A stretch of DNA of 47,664 bases, from assembly GCA_000991205.1 (NCBI GenBank), contig LBRC01000001.1, forward strand, positions 1-47,664, read 5' to 3'. Position 1 is the stretch's first letter. The number at the start of each line of letters is the position of its first letter. Made by a program: the position numbers and the translations under genes. Shown in pieces: positions 30,955 to 39,323 of the stretch. The DNA comes from Parcubacteria group bacterium GW2011_GWA2_36_10 (GTDB lineage: Bacteria > Patescibacteriota > Patescibacteriia > UBA1558 > GWA2-36-10). The notes beneath the pieces were generated by a model, which ran no database searches, was not told the DNA's origin, and saw only the letters and a program-made list of their open reading frames with translations.

Positions 30955-33141
30955 TTATAAAGAAATATTATATTTTTTTAAAAATTCTTTTGCCTCCGGT
31001 ATCATACCAGGATCAATTTCTATGGCTTTTGACATATATTCTATGACCTTATCATCATCTTCTAATATCGCATAAACCGAGGCCAGCCTCGCGTACCAAT
31101 TGGCGTTATTAGGATTTTCTTGTATTAATAATTCATATAAGGGTATAATTTTTTTGTAATCCCCCAGACTAGCATAGATATCTATTAAATACAAAATCTT
31201 ATTTCCTTTACCTAGCGCAAAACCTAAATCCATAGCTTTTTCAAATTCTGTCACAGCTCCTTCAAAATTATCTCCGGCTGACAACACAACACCAAGAAAC
31301 CAATGCGGCTCCGAAAAATTATCATTTTTTTCTATCAAAACTCGTAATGTATTTTCAGCTTCAGATAAATTACCAGAGGCTAACAAATACCTAGCTCGCA
31401 GAAAACCGATATACTGCCGATCCTGATTGACTAGCTCTGCTCGATCTAAATAGGCTAGAGCCGGTTCATAATATTTAATGTCAACATATTCAGCTCTATT
31501 ACCATAGAGCTGAGCTAACCAAAAATTTAACAAATAATTATCCTCTAAACTTTTACTTTTTTTCTCTAAAATATTGCCTAAATTTTGATAAATATTATCT
31601 AAGTTATCGCCTTGTTTCAAAGTGTCACCAAAATTGATTAAATCCGAACTTAATTCAATCGCCTGTTCCCATGCATAAACGTCTTTATAATTTAAGGATT
31701 TTTGTGCCTTAGCTTGCCACAAAACCAAGTCATTAGACATCCTAGCATTCCTAGCATCTACTAAATATTTAGACATTATCAAAATCCGAGTTGACCATAT
31801 GATACTCACAATAGAAAAAAATAAAATAAACACTAAGAATATGTTATAATAATTTTTAATCAATACTATCTTTTTGACATCTAAAGATTTGGCTTGCAAA
31901 AAGGCTAAAATTACAAAAAGATAAATAAGGGTATTAGTGGATTCTGCGGCAAACATACTCTGCACGATATAAGTTATCAAAGTGCTAAAAAATAAAATTA
32001 AATGCAATTTATTAGACCGAAATAACTGATAACTTTTTTTAATAACTAAATAAATAATGGCAATAAAAAATAAAAAACCAAGGCCACCAAAAGAAACTAA
32101 TATCTCTAAAAATTCATTGTGTGGAATATCCCAAACAGTTTCGCCTAAACCATAGCTTAAAAAATTTGGATTATAAAACTTATCAAAAGCAAATTGAAAA
32201 TTACTTGCCCCCCAGCCAATAATTGGTCTATCTAAAAACCCCTTAAAAGCTACACCCCATGCCATTAATCTAGTCTCTGCACCTAGGCTACTCGTAGATA
32301 AATTAAAAACTTGGGCTATATTAGCCGGCAACAAAGAACGAGCTTGCAAGCCCATAGGTAAATAGAGATACAAAATAAAAGATAAGGCCAAGGCTAAAAT
32401 AAGAGCACTAAACAGCTTAACTTTTTTATTTTGTTGAAGAAAAAAAATAAAACCACCTAATAAAAAAAATAAACCAACAAAAAAAGCTAGAACTGCACCT
32501 CTGGTACCAGAAGCAAAAATAGTAATAATACTCAAAATAAAAGTAATATAATAGAAAATTTGCCATTTTTTATTTTTATCCTCAAAAATAGCTAATGACA
32601 AAATAATAATCAAAACACAAAGATAAGAGGCTAATACAATTGGGTTGCCCATCAAACCACTCAAGCGAGTGTAAGAGCTTGGGACAATGCTATAAAAAAA
32701 AGTAAGCTTTGGTCCTAACCAAGCTATTAAAATACTCAAAAAACCTACAGAAGCTGTAATACGAAAAACTTTTTGCCAAGCATTTGACTGAAACAAATTT
32801 CTTAACAATACATAATAAAGATAAAAATGGAATACAATCAAAATACCATTCGCTCTAGTAATAGTGCCGAAAAAAGCTCTAGTGACATCAAAAGCGAAAA
32901 AGCTAAGACCAATGCAGAGTGCAAAAAATACAGCTAACCATTTATCCAAATTATTAAATTTTATCTCAATTTGTTTCTGATGAAAACAATCAAAAACAGT
33001 CAATATTAATAAAACATCTATCAGAATTACCAATAAAATTGTCTTACCAAAATGCCAAGGCTGAAAACTAAATTCGGTAAAAATCAAGGGTATAAATAAT
33101 GGCCACAAAAGTAAATTGTCTCTTATTTTAGCTAAATTCAT
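30955..33141 (-). CDS. O-antigen ligase/Wzy_C family protein with C-terminal TPRs
   Basis: RLSGLMGNP, SGTRGA, ETRLMAW...RPIIGWG, WDIPHN, multiple TPRs. Start reassigned to ATG 33141 because the track start 33189 lies inside a terminator. Confidence 0.88.
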   Translation of the reverse strand: MNLAKIRDNLLLWPLFIPLIFTEFSFQPWHFGKTILLVILIDVLLILTVFDCFHQKQIEIKFNNLDKWLAVFFALCIGLSFFAFDVTRAFFGTITRANGILIVFHFYLYYVLLRNLFQSNAWQKVFRITASVGFLSILIAWLGPKLTFFYSIVPSSYTRLSGLMGNPIVLASYLCVLIIILSLAIFEDKNKKWQIFYYITFILSIITIFASGTRGAVLAFFVGLFFLLGGFIFFLQQNKKVKLFSALILALALSFILYLYLPMGLQARSLLPANIAQVFNLSTSSLGAETRLMAWGVAFKGFLDRPIIGWGASNFQFAFDKFYNPNFLSYGLGETVWDIPHNEFLEILVSFGGLGFLFFIAIIYLVIKKSYQLFRSNKLHLILFFSTLITYIVQSMFAAESTNTLIYLFVILAFLQAKSLDVKKIVLIKNYYNIFLVFILFFSIVSIIWSTRILIMSKYLVDARNARMSNDLVLWQAKAQKSLNYKDVYAWEQAIELSSDLINFGDTLKQGDNLDNIYQNLGNILEKKSKSLEDNYLLNFWLAQLYGNRAEYVDIKYYEPALAYLDRAELVNQDRQYIGFLRARYLLASGNLSEAENTLRVLIEKNDNFSEPHWFLGVVLSAGDNFEGAVTEFEKAMDLGFALGKGNKILYLIDIYASLGDYKKIIPLYELLIQENPNNANWYARLASVYAILEDDDKVIEYMSKAIEIDPGMIPEAKEFLKKYNISL

Positions 33142-33159
33142 ATTTATATAATAACTGAA

Positions 33160-33201
33160 AATAAAACAAAAAGAAAGGCCTAGCCTCAAATGAGGCTAGG
33201 C
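33160..33201 (-). terminator. Intrinsic terminator after the S-layer-like gene
   Basis: Stem GCCTAGCCTCA/TGAGGCTAGGC (33178-33201) followed on the minus strand by CTTTCTTTTGTTTTATTTT. Confidence 0.85.
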
Positions 33202-33238
33202 TGTTTCTTATTAACAATTCGTACTAAAACTTGCTAAA

Positions 33239-36200
33239 TTAGTAAGTTAAAGTCTTAGGTGTTAATGGCAAGGAGTTGACGGTAGTGATCGAAGAGGTCA
33301 CATCATCAGTCCAAGTAATGTCGCTAGCTTCTAAATTGATAGATAAACTATCAGTCGTGCCAGCATCATTGGTATCCAAAGTTACAAAGAAAGTTTTGGA
33401 GGTACCAGGAGTAATCTCAACGTCAGTAAAGCCAGCGTCGGTAAAAGCTGAATCGGTAAAGTTACCGTTATTCGCTGTGCCGTAGTTAGTTGTGGCTAAA
33501 GCTGAGGTTGCTAGACTATCTTTATAGATAGTCAAAGCTCTGTTAGTAGCAGCTGGAATTGAAATACCGGTTTGATCCATACCAATATTCATAACCTTGA
33601 TAGTAGCTGAATAGTTACCCACGTTAGCGGAGTTGGTAACAACAAATTTAGCTACAGTAGCGCCAGTACCACCGGTTGTTGCTCCTGATGGAGAATCTGA
33701 AGCAAAAGCGGCAGTTAACTTGGTTCTGTAAACTGTCATTTGGTTCACTGTGACGTCAGCATCTGGAGAAGCAGAGAAATCAAGCGTTGCGCCTGTTAAT
33801 TCTGTGCCAGAGCTGACACCAAAAGCAGTTACACCTTCGTTTCCACCATTATAATTAGCTAAAATAGCTAAAGTATGAGTAGATCCAGAAACGGCACCGC
33901 TGCTATAAGGTGTTGCGTCAACTTTGACGGTGACCATAACAGTACTATCAACTGGAATGGTTAAATCTAAATTAGTAAATTTAGCGTGTGCATAAGTTGA
34001 GGTAGCGCTAGTAGTATCAAATTGAACAGTTTGGCCAATTTGAACACCTTCTACAAACAATTTTGCATTCTTCAAAGTACCAGTAGCAGCACTAGAAGTA
34101 TTATCACTAATCACTAACTCTGAAACTCTGACCGCTTCTGAAGCATCAGACGTTAATCTAAAGGTAGCTAATTCATAATCAGTAGCACCCATGACTAATT
34201 GTTGAGCAACAGTTGAATCAGGGTCAGAAGTGATAGTCAAATTACCAGCAGCAGAAAGATAGCCATTCTGCAATGATACATCAGTTGTGTAACTAGCGTC
34301 AGCTGAAGTACTGACACCGGTAGCAGTCACTGAATCAGCTTTAATCACCGGAGTCAAAACAGTAGCAGAGTCTTGGACTGAAGATTTGACATCAGCATAG
34401 ACATCAACTACATATTGTTCACCAGAAGCAATTCTAATCGCTGTGCTTGGTGAGAATGTGTAAGAAGTAGCTGTACCACTAGTATTTAAATTACCGATAG
34501 TTGAACCGATTTGTGTGCCAGATGAGTTCTTTAATTTCAAATTTTGAAAATTATCACCCATTTGACTAACGGTGCTAGCATCTAACATGGCAATTTGTGT
34601 CACATCCACTGCTTCACCAGAACCAGCAGTGACGATAAAGGAAGCAATTTTAGCTTCAGTAGCACCAGCTACACCAGTTGGGCTAGTGGCGCTCTTATCA
34701 CCAAAAGCAGTATTTTCAGATACAACCACTGTACCTGATTGGACGGTCAACGTTCTGCCCTGTTGAGCAGTTGAGCTCAAAGAAGTCAAGGTTGATTGAC
34801 CAACAGCATTAGTAGATCCAGCTGATAAATCAATTCTCAAAGTAGAACCCGCAGCTGTAGAAGAAGCTGTGGTATCCGCTACTGCAGTAACATACTTATA
34901 AGTACCATTTGGAACAATAAAGGTATTACCAAAAGTATAATTAGTACTATCACCAGATGAACCGTTACACTGTAAGGTAGTGTCAGTAGTGCCAATTTGC
35001 GAGCCATCTAACAACAATTTTACATTACTAATATAGTCTGTTGTATCACTACCAGTACAAGTAATAGTCAAATTTTCAACCTTGACTGCTTCACCAGCTG
35101 CATAGAAACTATATTTGGCCAAGGTCAAACCAGTAGCACCATCAGCAATATTGCCTGATGGAGAATCAGTCGCAATACCAACTGTTAAAGTACCACTATC
35201 AATACTAGTACCATTGCCAGTTGTTGGCTGCACAACACCGAAAGCAGTAGTTGTGCCAGTGATGGTGAAAGTGTTATAAACACCATATTCAGTATCATAA
35301 ACCTTTACATCAGCTGATTTTTGAATGGTAAATTTAAATACTCTACCTGAACCACCCATCATATCACCTTTCAAAACTACGATTTTTGATTGGCCAGCTG
35401 TAATAGCAATTGGGCTTGAGCTTAAATCAAAAATAACTGAATTGTCATTAGCGATTTGAGCAGTGGCACCAACTTTGACACCGGCTACTTCTAGTTCTAA
35501 ATTTTGAACATCAGTAGCACTAATGGTACCGACCATGGTGTATTTCATATAGCGAACTTCCATATCTTGTGAGTCAGCGGTCAAAGTCATTCTCCATAAT
35601 TCTTTGTCGGCTTCATCTGCTCTCACTGAAGCTGGGTAACTTCCTGTTTCATATGCATGAGCATATAAATGACCCATGTCAGAAACAGCGGCTGTTTCCA
35701 TCAAATTACCAGTAGCTGGGAAAGTGCCAGAAACTGATCCGGATGATAGAGTGACATCACTAGTTGTGTCTAATTTAAAACCAATAGTTTTACCAGAGGT
35801 GACAGATGTACTACCACGAGCTAAGTCGCCTCTCAAAGTGACGGCTTTAGTTGTTCCAGCTGGCACAGTGAATAGGCCGCTTGTATTTGAGAAGGTGACA
35901 ACCTTATCACTGAATGAAGTATATTCAGCTAATCTAGTCTCACCATCATACAAATATAAATTACCCAAATCAGCATCAGAGGAGATGCCAAAACGAGTAA
36001 ATTTCACAGTGTTTACTTGAACACTACCACTAGCTGAAGCAGTGAAGTTCACAGTTGTAAATGGAATTAAGGCTTGTGGATATTCATTAGCCGTACTATC
36101 AGCTAAAATACTAGCCACAACTGGGGTGGCAGCTGATAAGCTGACGGTCACATTACCACTAGTTTGATTACCACCTTCAACGGCCATAAAGCCTTTCAAA

Positions 36201-36865
36201 GCGGTTTCAGCACCAGTGATAGTAGTACCAGCTGTATAAGAAGCTAGTGACATATTCAAAACATTGGTCAAATTGAAGTTATTAGCTTCAAAAGCATCCA
36301 TTGAGCTAAAAGCTCTCTTGGTGCCATTGTCAATGTAATAATATGTAGTACCATCTTTCACTAAACTACCAGTTGGTAAGGTTGTTGATAAAGCAGTACC
36401 TTCTGGATAAGTAGTGAAAAAGCCTGGGATTAAGTCAACGACTCTTGATGCCCAATTAGCACCAAATAAAGAGCTAGCAATAGCGGCAGTAGGAATATGA
36501 CGAGCAATTCCACCTGGCTCAATAGCAAACACTTTAGCAGTGTCTGAAGTCTTAACTAATTTTGTACCTGGACGAACTGTGACAGCTCCTCCGTTGGTAT
36601 ATAGATCTAATTCTGTTACGGAAACTTTGACAACTGCGTCAAAATTTTCATACCAGGTAAAATATGTCTTCATATCTGGAAAGACATACTTCTTGCCATC
36701 GTTACCAATGTAATATACAGCAGCGCCGGCAGTGTTAGCTTTAGCTAACAAAGAGCCTGCTCCATAATTACCAGCAGCCTTTGCACTTGGCAAAAGACTA
36801 CCAGACATTGTGAATACAGTAGCAAGAGTTAAAGCAAAGATTGAAATTTTCTTTACTAAATTCAT
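33239..36865 (-). CDS. Large secreted S-layer-like surface protein (1208 aa)
   Basis: Signal peptide ending AKA; N-terminal repeats (VYYIGNDGKKYVFP, RPGTKLVK, YYYIDNGTKRAF) of a type common in CPR surface proteins; about six Thr/Ser/Gly-rich beta-type repeats starting GxLTV; own terminator and long leader. Confidence 0.75.
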   Translation of the reverse strand: MNLVKKISIFALTLATVFTMSGSLLPSAKAAGNYGAGSLLAKANTAGAAVYYIGNDGKKYVFPDMKTYFTWYENFDAVVKVSVTELDLYTNGGAVTVRPGTKLVKTSDTAKVFAIEPGGIARHIPTAAIASSLFGANWASRVVDLIPGFFTTYPEGTALSTTLPTGSLVKDGTTYYYIDNGTKRAFSSMDAFEANNFNLTNVLNMSLASYTAGTTITGAETALKGFMAVEGGNQTSGNVTVSLSAATPVVASILADSTANEYPQALIPFTTVNFTASASGSVQVNTVKFTRFGISSDADLGNLYLYDGETRLAEYTSFSDKVVTFSNTSGLFTVPAGTTKAVTLRGDLARGSTSVTSGKTIGFKLDTTSDVTLSSGSVSGTFPATGNLMETAAVSDMGHLYAHAYETGSYPASVRADEADKELWRMTLTADSQDMEVRYMKYTMVGTISATDVQNLELEVAGVKVGATAQIANDNSVIFDLSSSPIAITAGQSKIVVLKGDMMGGSGRVFKFTIQKSADVKVYDTEYGVYNTFTITGTTTAFGVVQPTTGNGTSIDSGTLTVGIATDSPSGNIADGATGLTLAKYSFYAAGEAVKVENLTITCTGSDTTDYISNVKLLLDGSQIGTTDTTLQCNGSSGDSTNYTFGNTFIVPNGTYKYVTAVADTTASSTAAGSTLRIDLSAGSTNAVGQSTLTSLSSTAQQGRTLTVQSGTVVVSENTAFGDKSATSPTGVAGATEAKIASFIVTAGSGEAVDVTQIAMLDASTVSQMGDNFQNLKLKNSSGTQIGSTIGNLNTSGTATSYTFSPSTAIRIASGEQYVVDVYADVKSSVQDSATVLTPVIKADSVTATGVSTSADASYTTDVSLQNGYLSAAGNLTITSDPDSTVAQQLVMGATDYELATFRLTSDASEAVRVSELVISDNTSSAATGTLKNAKLFVEGVQIGQTVQFDTTSATSTYAHAKFTNLDLTIPVDSTVMVTVKVDATPYSSGAVSGSTHTLAILANYNGGNEGVTAFGVSSGTELTGATLDFSASPDADVTVNQMTVYRTKLTAAFASDSPSGATTGGTGATVAKFVVTNSANVGNYSATIKVMNIGMDQTGISIPAATNRALTIYKDSLATSALATTNYGTANNGNFTDSAFTDAGFTDVEITPGTSKTFFVTLDTNDAGTTDSLSINLEASDITWTDDVTSSITTVNSLPLTPKTLTY

Positions 36866-37260
36866 GAATTCTTTTGTTTAATTAATAAAATGTTCTTTAA
36901 GCAAATAAATTTACCTTGACTAAATTATCAGCATCCAAATGCATTTGGACTGGATCCGCCTTTGGCGGAAAACCACAATGCCTAGTTCCTCCCAAATAAA
37001 TGAGATCGACCTTGCTGATCACTAAGCTTGTAGGCAATAAAATAGCTCGAGTACGAAACTCGAAAGTAAATATTATTTAAAGTCTTAAGAACAAACAATA
37101 ACCCCTAATCGCGCGCGATATAGCGATAAGTTAGGGATTATAGTCTTTCTTCCGTGCATGGGAACAAAAACTATGTATCCACAACCTATCTCAAAATCCT
37201 GTTTAGGATTCACGCGCTAATTAGATATATTTTCAACCTGCCTGCCGGCAGGCAGGAAAA
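36866..37260 (-). ncRNA. Candidate structured 5' leader RNA of the S-layer-like gene
   Basis: Series of stems, several needing G-U pairs that work only on the minus strand, plus a long enclosing stem. No known family recognised. Confidence 0.45.
37237..37256. repeat. Perfect 20-bp GC-rich palindrome CCTGCCTGCCGGCAGGCAGG
   Basis: Self-complementary; 4 nt after the stop of the anti-sigma-like gene. Confidence 0.8.
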
Positions 37261-38574
37261 TTATTGTAAAAATTCGCTTTCTGGTTTAGCCTGAATATCC
37301 AGACCATTCATCGCTCTATTTATCTCTGTAGTAGTGCTAGCAGTATTAATAGTATTTAGAGTAGTTGGTTTAGAGATTGGTTTCACTTGCTCGATAGTAG
37401 AAGTGCTGTTCACGCTGTCTTTGACAGTTTTTTCAATAGTTCTCAAAGCGCTGCCAATATTTTCTTGCATTACTTTACTTTCTAAGAGTTTGTCGGCTGC
37501 GTCTTTGAAAGAACCAGCGTCCAATAAAAGCTTAGCCTCACCCAACTTGCCTTCGGCTGCTTTTGGTTTTTCACTGATTTCTTTGAGACTAATCACATCA
37601 CCATTGATATTGATAGCCGGCGTCACTTGTACTATATCTTTATTGACTTGGGAGTTCACAGCTTCGGCTTGTTTTTTAGAGTCTTGGATATCAGTAGTTA
37701 ATTGGCTAATTTCTGACTTAATGATTTCAGCGACCGCTGTTTGTACCGCTTTCACTTCGGCTTGATCAGCTACAGCTTGTTTTTGGTCAGCTTGACTATT
37801 GGTGCTCTTTTCAACGTTTTGCGCAGCGGAAGCCACTACTTCTTGATGAACTTCAACGGCTACTTTGACAGCAGTTTTGTCAGCATCAGCGCTAGCAGTT
37901 TTTACTTCAGCTAAAGCCTGCTCTAAAACTGGATTATTATTAGTTAAGGCTTGCGCTTCCAAAACTATTACCTTATCTTTGGTTTGATTAGCCACTTCTT
38001 TGACTTTTTGAGCTAATAGGACAGTTTCTAGTGGGGCTTCTTTTTCTTCTTTGACGATCTGCAAAGTCTTATCTACCGCGGCTGTATCTTTACCTAAATA
38101 GCTAATAACTTGTTTTAAAACTTTGTCATTAGCGATTTGCTTATCTGGATCACTTTTGGTACTAGCGACGATTTTATCTAATTCTTGTAAACGTTTAGTG
38201 ATATGTTTGATATAAACTTCAGCTTCTTTGGTTGAGCTGACGGCCAAGGTCAATTCGGCTTTTTCAAAGCCACGCTTGATTGGCCACAAAGCTTCACCTG
38301 GCACAGAGGCTTGAGCGGCAAAAGTCATGCCAGAGCCTAAGAAAATTACCAGCAAAAAAGCCACTGTTTTAGCCAATGAAGGCATTAAACGACGGGTAAT
38401 TTTCATGCTGAATAAACGAAAACGTTCTTCAGCAGTCAAGCTATGGGCTTTCATCAAACGATGTTGAGAATAAATCTCTGATAAAAGCTGATGTTTGGTT
38501 GTTCTTTCCCAATCATTATCCACTTGGCAAAGTGGTAAGTGTTTGATTTGGGAAATTTTTTTAGCTAAATTCAT
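37261..38574 (-). CDS. Putative anti-sigma factor (single TM, DUF5667-like domain, coiled-coil extracellular region)
   Basis: Directly after the ECF sigma; short cytoplasmic N-terminus, TM, then SVPGEALWPIKRGFEK. Confidence 0.7.
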   Translation of the reverse strand: MNLAKKISQIKHLPLCQVDNDWERTTKHQLLSEIYSQHRLMKAHSLTAEERFRLFSMKITRRLMPSLAKTVAFLLVIFLGSGMTFAAQASVPGEALWPIKRGFEKAELTLAVSSTKEAEVYIKHITKRLQELDKIVASTKSDPDKQIANDKVLKQVISYLGKDTAAVDKTLQIVKEEKEAPLETVLLAQKVKEVANQTKDKVIVLEAQALTNNNPVLEQALAEVKTASADADKTAVKVAVEVHQEVVASAAQNVEKSTNSQADQKQAVADQAEVKAVQTAVAEIIKSEISQLTTDIQDSKKQAEAVNSQVNKDIVQVTPAININGDVISLKEISEKPKAAEGKLGEAKLLLDAGSFKDAADKLLESKVMQENIGSALRTIEKTVKDSVNSTSTIEQVKPISKPTTLNTINTASTTTEINRAMNGLDIQAKPESEFLQ

Positions 38575-38592
38575 CTCGATTTATCTTATTAT

Positions 38593-39147
38593 TTATGATT
38601 CTTTAATTATTTCTTTAAGCTTGGTCATTGCTCGATGAAGTAAAACTCGGATATTAGCTTTGTCTTTTTGACAGATCTCACTGATTTCCTCAAAAGACAA
38701 GTCTTCGACATAGCGTAAGAGTAAAACTTCTTGATACTCTGGTTTTAACTTTTGTAAATAATGTAGTAATTTTTCTGTATCGATATCAAAGTCGATTTTG
38801 TCAGTCATAGTCTCATCTGAAAGCTCTTCTTTTTCCGCAAAGTCTTCTAAAGGTAAGTCTTGAGCTTTGTGCTGACGATAATAATCAACGACGACATTTC
38901 TCGCTATCCGATAGATAAAAGCTTGAAAATTCTTAATCTGCTTTTGATCTACTAGATATTGCCAAGCTTTTAAAAATACGTCTTGGGTCAAATCTTCAGC
39001 AATTTGTCGATTTGCTACCTTTAAACTAATAAAACGGTAGATTTGCTTGACATAATGGTCATAAAAAAAAGCAAAAGCCTCGCTATCGCCGCCTTTGAGC
39101 CTTAAAAAAGCTATTTTCTCTTTTAAATTACTACTTATACTTTTCAT
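38593..39147 (-). CDS. ECF-type RNA polymerase sigma factor
   Basis: GDSEAF, AEDLTQDVFLKAW, FIYRIARNVVVDYYR, LSFEEIS, RVLLHRA. Confidence 0.95.
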   Translation of the reverse strand: MKSISSNLKEKIAFLRLKGGDSEAFAFFYDHYVKQIYRFISLKVANRQIAEDLTQDVFLKAWQYLVDQKQIKNFQAFIYRIARNVVVDYYRQHKAQDLPLEDFAEKEELSDETMTDKIDFDIDTEKLLHYLQKLKPEYQEVLLLRYVEDLSFEEISEICQKDKANIRVLLHRAMTKLKEIIKES

Positions 39148-39150
39148 ATA

Positions 39151-39180
39151 TTAAGACGCTGTAGCTCTTAAAATGTTACA
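39151..39180 (-). promoter_or_regulatory. ECF-type autoregulatory promoter, probably leaderless
   Basis: Minus strand TGTAAC (39180-39175), 16-nt spacer, CGTCTT, then AATAT and the ATG at 39147. Confidence 0.7.
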
Positions 39181-39267
39181 CTTGGCTTTTTTAATAAAAT
39201 TGGCTAATATTAGCCAAAATAATAAATACATCGACTTTTTGCTTGCTTAAAAATTTAAGTATTTAAT

Positions 39268-39296
39268 ATAATACCATTTTTAAGGGGTTTTGTAAA
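39268..39296 (-). promoter_or_regulatory. sigma70-type promoter upstream of the ECF sigma gene
   Basis: Minus strand TTTACA, 17-nt spacer ending TGG, TATTAT (extended -10). Confidence 0.5.
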
Positions 39297-39323
39297 GATT
39301 TTTAGAGAGAATTAATGTCTATT

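Noticed and set aside
36920..37040. HDV-like ribozyme or group I intron in the S-layer leader
   Set aside because: Crossing helices exist, but no P3/L3/P1.1 arrangement or ordered P-Q-R-S elements could be fitted by eye.
37175..37183. GTATCCACA as a DnaA box
   Set aside because: Single one-mismatch copy; expected by chance.
2685..37765. Short antisense ORFs in the track (e.g. 2685, 3233, 3515, 4655, 11390, 12730, 18548, 23208, 25468, 29344, 33276, 34572, 35676, 37334)
   Set aside because: They lie opposite well-supported genes and have no motifs; shadow ORFs.
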